A DNA stretch of 64,000 nucleotides, taken from Methyloprofundus sp. (lineage in GTDB: Bacteria > Pseudomonadota > Gammaproteobacteria > Methylococcales > Methylomonadaceae). The notes under the pieces are model-generated. The model was not told where the DNA came from. It did no database searches and was given only the letters and a program-made list of their open reading frames with translations. Made by a program: the position numbers and the translations under genes. The stretch is taken from assembly GCA_016592635.1 (NCBI GenBank), contig AP023240.1, positions 1,899,630-1,963,629 of the forward strand. The letters are read 5' to 3'. Shown here in pieces: positions 38,864-49,560 of the stretch (positions are counted from its first letter, which is position 1; each line of letters starts with the position of its first letter).

Positions 38864-41521
38864 TTATGACAAGGATTTTTTGAATAAAATATTTTCAATC
38901 TCAGCTGCCGGCATTGGCTTATGGAAATAATAGCCCTGAATGGTTGTACAAGGCGTATTTTTAATGAATTGATATTGAGCTTCTGTTTCTACCCCTTCGG
39001 CCACTACCGATAAACTGAGAGCTTCAGCCATCGCAATAATGGCATTCACCAGAGCAGCACCATCAGGGTTAACGGGCGCATCAACAATAAAAGAGCGGTC
39101 AATTTTTAGGGTGCTAATAGGGAATTTCTTAAGGTAACTAAGTGAGGAGTAGCCAGTACCGAAGTCATCCAAAGCAATTTCAAAGCCTAAATCACGTAAC
39201 TGATGTACGGTAGCATCACCGTGTGCATCTCCTTCAATTAACATACCTTCAGTAAGTTCTAAGCCAATATCTGTCGCTTGTAACTGATAGTCATTTAAAT
39301 ATTTTTGGATTTTAGGGATTAACTCTTGGTCATTAAACTGCCGACCCGATAAGTTAATATCTATGCGAAAATTATTGAGCCCCATAGCTTGCCATTTAAA
39401 ACGTTGCCGACAGGCATGCTCCATGACCCATTCATCAATAGCCATAATCAAATTTGATTTTTCTGCTATGGGAATAAAAATTGCCGGGGACATATAACCT
39501 TTTTCAGCATCAGGCCAGCGTAGTAAAGCTTCACAGCTATTAATTGCCCCCGTCTTGTTATTAACTTGGGGTTGATAGACGAGTTCGAGTAAGTTATTTT
39601 CGATAGCATCCCATAGTTTGGCAGCAATTTCTAAGTGAGACTGAATTTCCTGATTCATTGCTTCTGTATAAAAGCAAAAACGGTTTTTACCTGTCTCTTT
39701 AGCTTTGTACATGGCAACATCTGCATATTTGAGCAAATCGTCAAAATTATCACCATCTTGGGGAAATACGCTAATGCCAATGCTGACACTGGTGTAAACA
39801 ATATTGCCTTGTAACGTAATAGGTTTTTCAAATGAATTCAAAACTTTAGCGGCAATATGGGTTAAAGATTCTAATGTATCAATTTCATCAGCGATCAATA
39901 CAAACTCATCACCACCAAAGCGCCCCAAAATGTCATTACTACGAATAACTTTTTTGAGTTTACTGACCACTGAGACTAAAAATAAGTCACCAAATTTATG
40001 TCCATAGGTATCGTTGATAATTTTAAAGTTATCAAGATCAATAAACATGAAAGCCGTGATCGGATGTTTATTTCTTCTTTTTCCTAATAGCATATTAAGT
40101 TCTTCAAATATTAGATTGCGATTAGGTAGACGCGTTAAGGCATCATAGTTAGCAAGAAAGGTTAAATCTTTTTCGTCCTGTTTACGTTTGCTGATATTTT
40201 GATGCGTGCCACACAGTCTTAGAGGGAGACCTTCTTTATCCCACTCTACTACAGCTCCCGAGCCTTGTATCCATATCCACGTACCATTTTTATGACGCAT
40301 TCTAAACTCAACGGAATACGGCGTTTTGGTGGAAATGGCTCGTTCTATTTCAGGTAGTATTCTTTTTTTGTCATCGGCATTAACTAAGTCATTCCAGTCA
40401 GAAATATGGTTAGTAATATTATTTTGTGTAAGCCCTAACATTTCTAACCAAATGTTATCGACAAAGTGTTCACCTGTTTGATAATTCCAATCCCAATAGC
40501 CTAATGATGCACCTTTTAAGACTTGTACTAATTGTCGTTCATTTGTTAAGAGCTGTTTTTCATTAGCTAATTTTTGGGTAATATCTTCGGCAATGCAACA
40601 TACCAGCTCTGGATTGCCGGTATGATCTAAAGAGATAGGGAAGTGAATTGAGCGAAAACTAATATCTTTTCCTAAATATTGGAATTCCATATTTTTTTCG
40701 ATACTTTGCGAGTGAGGTGCTTGTGCAAAAGATTGGAAAATATCTGTTGCAGTAGTGGAGGGACCAGCATCTGTATTGGAGAAATAATGGCTAAACTGAT
40801 TGCTTTTATATAACTGCTGCCCTTTTTTGTTTTGTACCATCACCAACATAGGAATATGTTCTAAAATCCCCCCCAATACTTTAGCCATGGAAATGATCGG
40901 TGCAGATAAGTAACGACTAATTTGTTTCAGAACTAGTAGACCAAGCAAAGTAAGAATAGATAATAATAAAATTAAGGCAATTAGCCCCGTTTTTTGACTT
41001 TGTTCTCCAGACTCTCTAGAAATGACGATATGAATAATACCACTGATATTTTGTGCATAGCCTTTATGAAAGGGAAGGTAGACATTGATAACATTGATCT
41101 CTCTGGCTTTTCCAACTTCAGTAATATGATGTAACTCACCTGTGGTTATTTTTTTGGTTTTATTGAGTAATGCCTCCTCAACCTGATTATTGTTTAACTT
41201 TGGGTTGCTGTGCGCAATAATTTTACCGTTTAAGTTAAACACTTTTATTGAAGTAATATCAGGATAAGTTTTTGCAATATTTTCAATAAATAAGCGAGAA
41301 TGGTATTTTCCTGAAAAATTAGTTTGCTCAATGGCTTTATGTAAAATTTCTCCAGTTAATAACGCCAAACGTTGTTCATCTTTTTCTATGCTGTTTTTAA
41401 AATGGTAAGCAGAGAAAATGGATAGAATTAGCAAAACACTAAACAGAACAATGCCATAGGAAAAAAATAGTTTTGATTCTAAACGATCAATTTGGGGAAG
41501 TAATGCAGCTTTATTATTCAT
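38864..41521 (-). CDS. membrane sensor with periplasmic domain, PAS, GGDEF and EAL domains
   Basis: 885 aa. Two TM segments bracket a periplasmic region of about 150 aa. GGDEF motif RFGGDEFVLIA; EAL motifs EALLRW and DDFGTGYSSL. Confidence 0.9.
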   Translation of the reverse strand: MNNKAALLPQIDRLESKLFFSYGIVLFSVLLILSIFSAYHFKNSIEKDEQRLALLTGEILHKAIEQTNFSGKYHSRLFIENIAKTYPDITSIKVFNLNGKIIAHSNPKLNNNQVEEALLNKTKKITTGELHHITEVGKAREINVINVYLPFHKGYAQNISGIIHIVISRESGEQSQKTGLIALILLLSILTLLGLLVLKQISRYLSAPIISMAKVLGGILEHIPMLVMVQNKKGQQLYKSNQFSHYFSNTDAGPSTTATDIFQSFAQAPHSQSIEKNMEFQYLGKDISFRSIHFPISLDHTGNPELVCCIAEDITQKLANEKQLLTNERQLVQVLKGASLGYWDWNYQTGEHFVDNIWLEMLGLTQNNITNHISDWNDLVNADDKKRILPEIERAISTKTPYSVEFRMRHKNGTWIWIQGSGAVVEWDKEGLPLRLCGTHQNISKRKQDEKDLTFLANYDALTRLPNRNLIFEELNMLLGKRRNKHPITAFMFIDLDNFKIINDTYGHKFGDLFLVSVVSKLKKVIRSNDILGRFGGDEFVLIADEIDTLESLTHIAAKVLNSFEKPITLQGNIVYTSVSIGISVFPQDGDNFDDLLKYADVAMYKAKETGKNRFCFYTEAMNQEIQSHLEIAAKLWDAIENNLLELVYQPQVNNKTGAINSCEALLRWPDAEKGYMSPAIFIPIAEKSNLIMAIDEWVMEHACRQRFKWQAMGLNNFRIDINLSGRQFNDQELIPKIQKYLNDYQLQATDIGLELTEGMLIEGDAHGDATVHQLRDLGFEIALDDFGTGYSSLSYLKKFPISTLKIDRSFIVDAPVNPDGAALVNAIIAMAEALSLSVVAEGVETEAQYQFIKNTPCTTIQGYYFHKPMPAAEIENILFKKSLS

Positions 41522-41724
41522 AAACTGAAGTCTCCCAATTGTTGAGAGGTACTTGCACGTAATACTGGTGTGCTGAAAGTTTAGGTGGCTTTACCATGTT
41601 TATAGCACTCCCCATTTTATTTCCTTTAAGAAAAGTAGTTTAAAATGAATAAAAAAGGTAAATTTTTCATGTGGTTGCAACATTATGTTAATTCTACCAT
41701 AAAAAATTATTAGGAAACTTCAGT

Positions 41725-42837
41725 TTATAAAGATAAAAGCATTTTTTTACTTGTCTTATTGTTTGGAGAGTGAACTTGCCCACTCCATAAAGGTTTTTTT
41801 GATGGCCACTGCTTTGTAAAATTTTGCGGAATTGGCCCGTTCCAGCTTGGGTAGTTTGCAATAGTCTCTTGAGTAACAGGAAAAACAGGTATTAATTTAT
41901 ATGCTGCAACTTTTTTGCCATTAAGGATATCATAAGCTGTATACAAAGTTTCTTCCCCTAAAGGCATACAGAATTGTGCCGAGTTGATGACAGTTAATCT
42001 ATTTTCAGTAATATTCTTTAATGATAAGGGGTCACCATCAATACTGGCTACCATTATTTCATCTCGTCCTGCATTACTAAGACCTTTCACGACATTTAGC
42101 CCGCCACCATCGTTAACCGTAAAAATAACATCAATAGAGTGTTTTTTAGGGAAGTCATGTAGGATTTGAGTTGCTGCTTTAGAACCACTCTCTGGAGTAA
42201 CAGCTTGATAGCTATTAATAATGGTGTAGTTTTGCTGGGTATCGGCCAATGCATCAATAAAGCCATCAACACGCTCAACTGTTGAAGATACATAGGGATA
42301 CTCAACTAAGATAAGCTTAATGCTGTAATAATTATCAAATTTTGAGGCAATATATTCACCGTCAAGATAACCTGCTTGGTAATTATCAGAGGTAATATAA
42401 GATGCTAGTTTGCCACCACTAATATATTGATCATAAGCAACTACCGGAATATTTTTTTGGTTTGCTTTTATTAAACCCTTAGCTAGTGCTGCATTATCCG
42501 TGGGCTGTACAATGATAAGGTCCATCTGTTGTTCTGCAACTATTTTATCCAGTTGTTGAATTTGTTTTTCGATACCTGCCTCGCCATTTCCAGCAACAAA
42601 AGGATGGAGTTGAATCGTTGTTAGGTTATCCTTTTTGGCTTTTTCGTTAATAACATTAGCTGCATGCTCAATGCCTTGACGCATAGCGACTTGTCCTGGG
42701 ATATCCATAGACCAATATAAAACGGCTATTTGCAAGCTTAAATTACTTGGCTGTTTTTCTATCGCATGTATGCTTGAAAAGGAGGTAAATAATAGAAGGC
42801 TAATAATAGTATGTCTAAATAACGCAAAAAAATTCAT
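41725..42837 (-). CDS. periplasmic sugar-type substrate-binding protein (Peripla_BP family)
   Basis: 370 aa with a signal peptide. It has type I periplasmic binding fold hallmarks (IAVLYWSMDIPG..., VVAYDQYI, VFTVNDGGG). No ABC permease or ATPase gene is nearby. Confidence 0.7.
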   Translation of the reverse strand: MNFFALFRHTIISLLLFTSFSSIHAIEKQPSNLSLQIAVLYWSMDIPGQVAMRQGIEHAANVINEKAKKDNLTTIQLHPFVAGNGEAGIEKQIQQLDKIVAEQQMDLIIVQPTDNAALAKGLIKANQKNIPVVAYDQYISGGKLASYITSDNYQAGYLDGEYIASKFDNYYSIKLILVEYPYVSSTVERVDGFIDALADTQQNYTIINSYQAVTPESGSKAATQILHDFPKKHSIDVIFTVNDGGGLNVVKGLSNAGRDEIMVASIDGDPLSLKNITENRLTVINSAQFCMPLGEETLYTAYDILNGKKVAAYKLIPVFPVTQETIANYPSWNGPIPQNFTKQWPSKKPLWSGQVHSPNNKTSKKMLLSL

Positions 42838-43048
42838 GTTGTGTCTCTAGGTACTTTAATTATTTAGGTGTGGAGATGAGTAGCGATGTTAGAGTTAATA
42901 TAGCATATTAACATGGTAGAAAATAACGATATGCTCACTTTATTGAAGTTAAAGTGAGATAAATGACTGCGAAAGATAGCGCAGAATATATTATTTTACT
43001 TGGCGGGTGGTGAATAACGCTTATCAAGTGATTTATCAATTTTAACTG

Positions 43049-43846
43049 TTAAACTTTATCTAGAATTAATTCCAACACTATACGGCTACCAAAGTAGGCT
43101 AATAATAGTGAGGCAAAGCCATATAAGGTCCAACGTACTGCAATTTTCCCACGCCAGCCATAACGACTTCTGCCAATTAAAAGACCTGCAAACATTATCC
43201 AAGCTAAGATGGAAAATAAAGTTTTATGCGCTAAGTGCTGAGCAAATAAATCATCGATAAACAGAAAACCACTCAGCAAAGAAACGCTTAAAAAGAATAG
43301 TCCTGTACTGATGATCTGAAACAATAAGGATTCCATTGCTTGCAGTGGTGGTAAAGCAAGAATGAAGCGCCCAGGATGATGGTTGCGTAACTGCTTGTTT
43401 TGTAGTGTCAGCAACAAGGCTTGTACAGCGGCAATAGTCAGTAAACTAAAAGCAATAATTGAACTGAGAATATGTGCTTTCATCTCAGCTGAATACTGCT
43501 GCTGAGTTTGCACAGGGTTGGGGAAAATGTAGTCTAAGGCTAACATGAGTGCAGCAATAGGGAATAAGGCGATACCTAACTTTTCGACAGGTTTAGAAAA
43601 GGCAGCAAGAATGATTAAAAAAGTAATAATCAAAGCAATAAAGGATGCAGTATGGAAAAAACTGAAATCAAGTCCTTGTGAGTTCTTGACATCGATTGCC
43701 ACAGCCCCCAAATGAGTGAGTGCTGCAATCCAAGCGAGTATTAATGCACGTTTTTTATGCTGGTTTTCATTAATATCCGCAAGTAGTGAATAGCTGCTTG
43801 CTAGATAAAAACAGAATGCCAAGCCTTCGAGTAAATTTAAATTCAT
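43049..43846 (-). CDS. cytochrome c assembly family inner-membrane protein (YpjD/CcsA-like)
   Basis: 265 aa polytopic membrane protein with the size and hydrophobic pattern of the ypjD family. Confidence 0.6.
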   Translation of the reverse strand: MNLNLLEGLAFCFYLASSYSLLADINENQHKKRALILAWIAALTHLGAVAIDVKNSQGLDFSFFHTASFIALIITFLIILAAFSKPVEKLGIALFPIAALMLALDYIFPNPVQTQQQYSAEMKAHILSSIIAFSLLTIAAVQALLLTLQNKQLRNHHPGRFILALPPLQAMESLLFQIISTGLFFLSVSLLSGFLFIDDLFAQHLAHKTLFSILAWIMFAGLLIGRSRYGWRGKIAVRWTLYGFASLLLAYFGSRIVLELILDKV

Positions 43847-43865
43847 AATGGTATAGCGCTATGGA

Positions 43866-44303
43866 CTAGACTTTAAGGGTAAAAGTGACCGGACCATCGT
43901 TAGTCAGTGAGACTTGCATGTCGGCACCAAATTGCCCTAATGCAATACTATGGTAATTGCTTTTTGCGTGTTCTACAAAATAATTAAAAATTGCTTTGCC
44001 GTGCTCGGGTGTTGCTGCCGCAGTAAAGCTAGGTCGGTTACCGGAATTGGTATCTGCTGCTAAAGTAAATTGTGGTATCAGTAATAAACCACCTTCAATA
44101 GCTTGCAAACTCAAGTTCATACGACCTTCTGCATCAGGGAAAATACGATAATTTAAAATACGCTCTAGCAGCCGCTGTGCAGATTTTTCAGTATCCAGTT
44201 TTTCTACAGCCACTAAGGCCATAATACCACGCTCTATTTTGCCTACTTCAGTACCTGCAATATTAACTTGAGCCTGACTAACGCGTTGAATAATTGTAAT
44301 CAT
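43866..44303 (-). CDS. dtd: D-aminoacyl-tRNA deacylase
   Basis: 145 aa with N-terminal MITIIQRV, the QFTL block and the C-terminal NDGPVTF motif. Confidence 0.92.
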   Translation of the reverse strand: MITIIQRVSQAQVNIAGTEVGKIERGIMALVAVEKLDTEKSAQRLLERILNYRIFPDAEGRMNLSLQAIEGGLLLIPQFTLAADTNSGNRPSFTAAATPEHGKAIFNYFVEHAKSNYHSIALGQFGADMQVSLTNDGPVTFTLKV

Positions 44304-44319
44304 AATGTAAAGAATTTAA

Positions 44320-45255
44320 TTAACCCAATAAACTTTCTAAAGCCATCATAATAATAAAGCCAATCATTAAAGCAAAAGTAGCATAACGCGAGCGGCCTTT
44401 TGAGTGCGTTTCAGGGATAATTTCTTCTGAAATAACAAATAGCATGGCGCCGGCAGCAAAGCCCATTGCAAAAGGTAATAAGGGTGAAAATACCGACACC
44501 ATGGTAATACCTAGCAATCCACCAATAGGTTCTACCAGTCCTGTTAAGGTTGCAATACCTACAGCTTTCCATTTGTTATAGCCTAAAGCAACTAAGGGTA
44601 GGGCAACAGCCAAGCCTTCCGGGATATTTTGTAAAGCGATGGCAATGGCTAACACGATGCCGTTATGCATATCACCTGAGCCAAAACTTACGCCAACTGA
44701 CATACCTTCAGGGAAATTATGAATAGTAATGGCAAAAATAAACAACCAAATCTTTTGTAAGGATTGCGTATGATCACTGATGCCTTCATTAAAATGAATA
44801 TGGGGTAATTTACTATCGGCTAAGTGTAAAAATAAAGCACCCAATAACATCCCGGCAGCCACAACCCATAAGCCTTTATCAGGCCAAAGCTCATTACCAT
44901 ATTCTATACCTGGTAATAATAAAGAGAAAGAGGTCGCTGCGAGCATGACCCCTGCGGCACCACCTAGTAAACCATTAAAAACATTATTGGAAACTTCTTT
45001 AAAAAAAGCAGCAGGTAAAGCACCTAGACCCGTTGCCAACCCGGCTAAAACACTAGCAAGTAAACCAATCGCAGCAATAGAGCCAAAGAATAAATATAAA
45101 CTGCCAAACACTAATATTTGTGATGCTATAAATAGCCCTGCGAGTACCACCCAACGTTGTTTACTCGGCATAGCTTGCAGCTTTTGGTATTGTGTATTGG
45201 CCTCTAGTTTTGCATGACATTTATCAAAAAGGCTTACTGTTGCTTGACCACTCAT
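44320..45255 (-). CDS. ZIP-family divalent metal transporter
   Basis: 311 aa polytopic protein with HNFPEG and QNIPEG signature helices typical of ZupT/GufA-like proteins. Confidence 0.85.
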   Translation of the reverse strand: MSGQATVSLFDKCHAKLEANTQYQKLQAMPSKQRWVVLAGLFIASQILVFGSLYLFFGSIAAIGLLASVLAGLATGLGALPAAFFKEVSNNVFNGLLGGAAGVMLAATSFSLLLPGIEYGNELWPDKGLWVVAAGMLLGALFLHLADSKLPHIHFNEGISDHTQSLQKIWLFIFAITIHNFPEGMSVGVSFGSGDMHNGIVLAIAIALQNIPEGLAVALPLVALGYNKWKAVGIATLTGLVEPIGGLLGITMVSVFSPLLPFAMGFAAGAMLFVISEEIIPETHSKGRSRYATFALMIGFIIMMALESLLG

Positions 45256-45390
45256 ATTTTCTCTCTTAGTATCTGAACTTGAATGCAGTTATTGTATAGA
45301 TAATTCCGCTAGCAACAATGATTTTTTTAGTCTCTCGGGAATTGCCTTTATAAATTCTGCCACCTTATCTACTCAAAGTATATTTAACCA

Positions 45391-46215
45391 ATGAGAACGC
45401 TAACTAACGGATTACAATTGCTACTACTTTGTTTGCTGTCCCAGCTCAGCCAAGCTGCTGTATTTCAATGGACTGATGCACAAGGGCGCAAACATTATTC
45501 AGATAGCAAACAGCGTAATGCCACTGAATATACTATACGTAGAGATTATAGCTATTACGCTGTGCAGAAAGTTTACGATGGCGATACCATTCAATTAATT
45601 GATGGTCGTAAAATACGTTTGTTAGGCATTAATACACCCGAAGTAGAACATTCACGTAATGAGGCGCAGGCAGGTGGCGATATTGCCAAGCAATGGTTGA
45701 TCCAGCAATTGGCAGGGAGCAAAGTTAGGTTGGAATTTGACCAAGAAAAACAAGATAAATACCACCGCTATTTGGCGCATATTTTTACCGAACAAGGCTT
45801 GCATATTAATCTTGAATTAGTGCGATTAGGCTACGCAAGTCTTAATGTTTTCCCTCCCAATTTAAAATATGTCGCTGAGTTATTAAAAGCAGAGCAGACA
45901 GCAGAAGCACTGCAAGTAGGTATTTGGAAGTATGCGGATTATGTACCTAAATCAGCTTCACAGCTAACCAAGAAAAATAGTAGTGGTTGGCAGCGGGTTT
46001 GGGGGCGAGTGGAATCTGTGAAATACACTCATAAAAATGTATATTTACAGTTAGAAGATAATTTTACGGTACGCCTTAGTAATAAGAATTCACAATATTT
46101 TACTGACCTCAACGTGTTGCAGGGGCAACAAGTTGAGGTGAGAGGTTGGGTACGGCGATATAGGCAAGGCTATTCTATGTTGCTGAGGCACCCAAGTGCC
46201 ATGAAAACCTTTTAG
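45391..46215 (+). CDS. secreted thermonuclease (SNase) family protein with N-terminal DUF4124-like motif
   Basis: Signal peptide, then FQWTDAQGRKHYSD, then the SNase block YDGDTIQLIDGRKIRLLGINTPE. Confidence 0.8.
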   Translation: MRTLTNGLQLLLLCLLSQLSQAAVFQWTDAQGRKHYSDSKQRNATEYTIRRDYSYYAVQKVYDGDTIQLIDGRKIRLLGINTPEVEHSRNEAQAGGDIAKQWLIQQLAGSKVRLEFDQEKQDKYHRYLAHIFTEQGLHINLELVRLGYASLNVFPPNLKYVAELLKAEQTAEALQVGIWKYADYVPKSASQLTKKNSSGWQRVWGRVESVKYTHKNVYLQLEDNFTVRLSNKNSQYFTDLNVLQGQQVEVRGWVRRYRQGYSMLLRHPSAMKTF

Positions 46216-46376
46216 TAACTTGTAAGGCTTTGATCTATTAATTTAATATTCAAGGGTTTTAGAGTATATTGTAAATCCAAATAGGGTCTAACATAGAAAT
46301 TGTTCAGGGAGGTGTTTATTATAAAAAAGCAGCAATTCTCAATTTAGGATTTTTCATATTTCTGGCACTGGAATGT

Positions 46377-46620
46377 CTAGTCCCCCAGCATGAATTCCAT
46401 TAATTTTTGCCAACTATCAAAAATCATATAACGGATGAGAGCTCTTAAATCATCAAAAAATGTTTTCCTGCTTGCCAAGCTATTTCGTACCAGCGCATAA
46501 CATTGATCAAACCACTCAAGTACCGTATGAACTAAAAATGCAAGAATATTTAAGCTTGCCAATAATGAGGATAGGTGTTGCTTGCCATGCCCAAAGTTAT
46601 GTTTAAAATTATAGCCTTTT
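46377..46620 (-). pseudogene. C-terminal fragment of a DDE transposase (family not placed)
   Basis: The frame reads GYNFKHNFGHGKQHLSSLLASLNILAFLVHTVLEW...FMLGD. It has no N-terminal part and abuts another transposase fragment on the opposite strand. Confidence 0.5.
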
Positions 46621-46629
46621 GTTTTTAAA

Positions 46630-46959
46630 GTGTTATTGTTTTCATTTATCTCAAAAGCGTATGGTATTTCCCGAACCTTTGTTTACTCGTTACTGGATAA
46701 AATTGTTCAAAGCTCAGCACTTGTGGAATGCATCAATTCAATCATTAGACCCTACTTCAATACCAGCAAGAATCAGGTCACTCAGGAACAGCTTAATATG
46801 ATTATGCATTACCACAATCATCGCCGTTACCTTGCGGGAGTAAGAAAAAATAAAACCCCAATGGAAATTTTTACAGGTAAAGATCAAACGAAGGACTGGA
46901 TTAAGATTCTTTTTGATATCATCGAAAAAAAAGCTCCAGATCTACTCGTCGTCTCTTAG
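46630..46959 (+). pseudogene. C-terminal fragment of a second transposase
   Basis: SSALVECINSIIRPYF...HNHRRYLAGVRKNKTPMEIFTG resembles transposase C-termini. Only about 100 codons remain. Confidence 0.45.
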
Positions 46960-46975
46960 GATATAAGTCCCCCTG

Positions 46976-47224
46976 TCAGTTACTACCAGTGTGTAGCTTT
47001 TTATTAAATGGCTTCGGCGAGTACGATATATACAAGTGAACATGATCTTTACTCACAACTCCACTGATAATTTTAATATCTTTCTGGTCACAAACTTGAC
47101 GAATTATTTCCCTAGCACGGATCCCAACCTCTTGTGTAAGTACAGAATATCGGTATTTGGTTATCCAAACCAAGTGAACTTTTAAATCGTGAACTGTATG
47201 TGATGACTTTCTATAAGACCTCAT
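46976..47224 (-). pseudogene. truncated IS200/IS605-family Y1 transposase (TnpA)
   Basis: HDLKVHLVWITKYRY (the HUH region) and KDHVHLYISYSPK match IS200 TnpA. After about residue 70 the sequence diverges, and the ORF is about half the normal length. Confidence 0.7.
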
Positions 47225-47306
47225 GAATGAGAGTATACTAAAAGTCTTGCACTAAAGTGCATAGTTTTTACTAACGACTGAAACAATAAAAAATCGTTGG
47301 GCCTGT

Positions 47307-48347
47307 TTGTTTTTAGATTTTCGCCACTACCTTCCACAGAAAGCGATTGATGCACAATCCGATCGAGCGAAGATCAAAGGTCGATTGCAGTCGTTTGAAA
47401 CCAAGATCGGCCAAGCTGCACAGATGATCATCGGGGTTGCAAATCATTTTTCCGGCAAGCAAATACTCGCGGTGACCGATAGTTGGTTTGGCAATGCAGG
47501 TTTGTTAAAGCCCGTACGCAAAGAGGTAGGCAGTCTGTTTGATATTCTGTCGCGCCTGCGCTGTAATAGTGTTTTATATGATCTTCCCGAGACAAGACAA
47601 TCTGGGCAGCGAGGGAGACCTCGAAAATATGGCCAGCGCTTGGGTTCGGCAACAGAAATGGCAAAATGCATTCGTCACGAAGCCGCCGAATATCAGGTGA
47701 CTCTTTATGGCAAACAGCGTACGGTACTTGCCCATGAACGCATTGTCATGCTGAAAAGTTTAAAATGCAAAGTACGCGTCGTGTGGGTTTTTCGTAAAAC
47801 GCAATGGATCGCACTGTTTAGCACGGACTTGTCATTATCGGTCACGCAAATGATCGAGTTTTATGGTGCGAGATGGAAAATCGAATCAGGATTCAAGGAG
47901 TTGAAACAAGACATCGGCAGTCAAAAAAGTCAGTGTCGTAATGCGCATTCCGTGACCAATCATTTGAATTTTTGTATGATGGCAAGTACGCTGACCTGGA
48001 TTTATGCCGACCGTTTAAAGGCGGATCCGGAGCGTCGGCACAAAGTAAAAGGGCGCGCCAGTTTTGCCTTTTCAGACGTGCGGCGCATCATTACCGAGGC
48101 AGCATTGAACCCGGATTTTAATCATGTTTGCCCCAAACCAAGCAACTCCCCGATAAATCCACTGATTGCGTACTGTTACGCATGGTGGCTTGATGATTTT
48201 TTTGGAAACTTCAGTTTATTAATTTTAAATTATAATTTTCCAAATGGACACCCAACAACCAGCATAGTAGAAAAAAATTATGCTGCATTAAAGCTAACTC
48301 GGAATAAGCATATTATAGATACAAGCTCGGAGAAGGAAGCCCCTTAA
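47307..48347 (+). pseudogene. N-terminally truncated IS4/IS701-type DDE transposase, visibly more G+C-rich than its surroundings
   Basis: YGARWKIESGFKELK fits the YREK signature. A typical C-terminus VLLRMVA-stop is present only in another frame near 48170-48200. The ORF tail after that is AT-rich read-through. Confidence 0.65.
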
Positions 48348-48539
48348 AAATATAGAAAAAAGTGATATTAAAAACATTACATAAAAAGAATTTACCTGAT
48401 TTACTTAATGTCGTGATCATGCCTTAAAGCATACAGAGTTGAATAATAAAGGGCAGGGTGGGAATGTTTTTCGCACGCGGGCTGTAGAGACTCAAAAGAC
48501 CAGTCAGACTCAGGTACTATTGAATGCTTATTCTTTAGT

Positions 48540-49454
48540 TTATGGTTCTTCAGGTATAAATGTTTTCCAAGCTTTTAGCTCTCCATCCAACATTGCAGCT
48601 TTTTCTCTAAGGCTCTTATTTTCTTCAGTCGTTGTTATCTGTAATGCTTGCTCCTCATTAAGTCTTGCAACGAGTAGATCCATTTCTAGTTGTTGTTTGG
48701 AGACTTGCAATTGTAGCGCTATATTTTTTTGTTCTACCATTTCTCGCTGGGTTACCTGATAGGTTTTATCACTGGTCATTATTTTAAGCGCTTTATCTAA
48801 CTCATCTATTTTTTCATGCTGGGTAGCTTTTGATTCAGTTAGCAGTTGTTCATAGTGACTTATATCATGGGTTAATTGCTGGTCAGATTTTTGTAAATTC
48901 GCTATTAAGGCAGTATTTTCAGATTTTAATACCTCTAATTGGGTATTCATTTTATTAAATTTAACCGTTTTTCCTTCTAATTCAAGATTTAAAGCATTGA
49001 TTATATTGCTTAATTCCTCTGTATTAGTTGCATAATCTTTTTCTAACTGTTCAAGCCGCTTGGCCTGTTCTTCACTAAATGCTTCCGCTTCCTGGATGCG
49101 CTCAGAGCTCTGTATTTCTATTTTTTGCATGGCAGCACGTTGGATATCTAATTCCTGACTAGCCAATGCTTGTGATTCATTCCATATTTTTACGGACATA
49201 TGCTTGATGCTATCCGCTAATGATTCTGGGATTTCAGCAAACCCTTGCAACAATTCAATTTCAACTACATTTTCCAAATTAAAGGTGTTCAAGTATTTAG
49301 TGATCGTGGTTAAAGAACCGCGCCCCAATGCTTTTAACAATGCTAAAGATGAAATATTTTCATCAGCATCCAATAGATTTTGAATGGCGGTATGAACTTC
49401 TTGTTCTGTGAGTCGTGATGCTTTGGTGCTAAGAGGGAAATTATTCATTGGCAT
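48540..49454 (-). CDS. KfrA-like DNA-binding coiled-coil protein
   Basis: 304 aa. The N-terminal LTEQEVHTAIQNLLDADENISSLALLKALGRGSLTTITKYLNTF resembles the KfrA_N domain. The remainder is a long heptad-rich coiled coil. Confidence 0.6.
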   Translation of the reverse strand: MPMNNFPLSTKASRLTEQEVHTAIQNLLDADENISSLALLKALGRGSLTTITKYLNTFNLENVVEIELLQGFAEIPESLADSIKHMSVKIWNESQALASQELDIQRAAMQKIEIQSSERIQEAEAFSEEQAKRLEQLEKDYATNTEELSNIINALNLELEGKTVKFNKMNTQLEVLKSENTALIANLQKSDQQLTHDISHYEQLLTESKATQHEKIDELDKALKIMTSDKTYQVTQREMVEQKNIALQLQVSKQQLEMDLLVARLNEEQALQITTTEENKSLREKAAMLDGELKAWKTFIPEEP

Positions 49455-49508
49455 ACCACTTAAGTGAAGGAGTACTTAGATTATCGCATAGATCACTAAA
49501 AATTTATA

Positions 49509-49530
49509 AAATATCATAATTACGATAATA
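49509..49530. promoter_or_regulatory. candidate operator, imperfect copy of the 22-bp palindrome
   Basis: AAATATCATAATTACGATAATA matches the palindrome at 49561-49582 at 19 of 22 positions. It lies 55 bp upstream of the KfrA-like start. Confidence 0.4.
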
Positions 49531-49560
49531 AATATCTATATTATCAAATAATATATTACG

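Noticed and set aside
45256-45390. Possible Zur box (TTATTGTATAGATAAT) upstream of the ZIP transporter.
   Set aside because: The palindromic symmetry is poor and the match to the Zur consensus is weak. It cannot be distinguished from AT-rich background by eye.
48439-48759. 106-aa plus-strand ORF overlapping the 3' end of the KfrA-like gene.
   Set aside because: It is antisense to a coiled-coil gene with clear heptad structure. The translation is Ser/Cys-rich nonsense.
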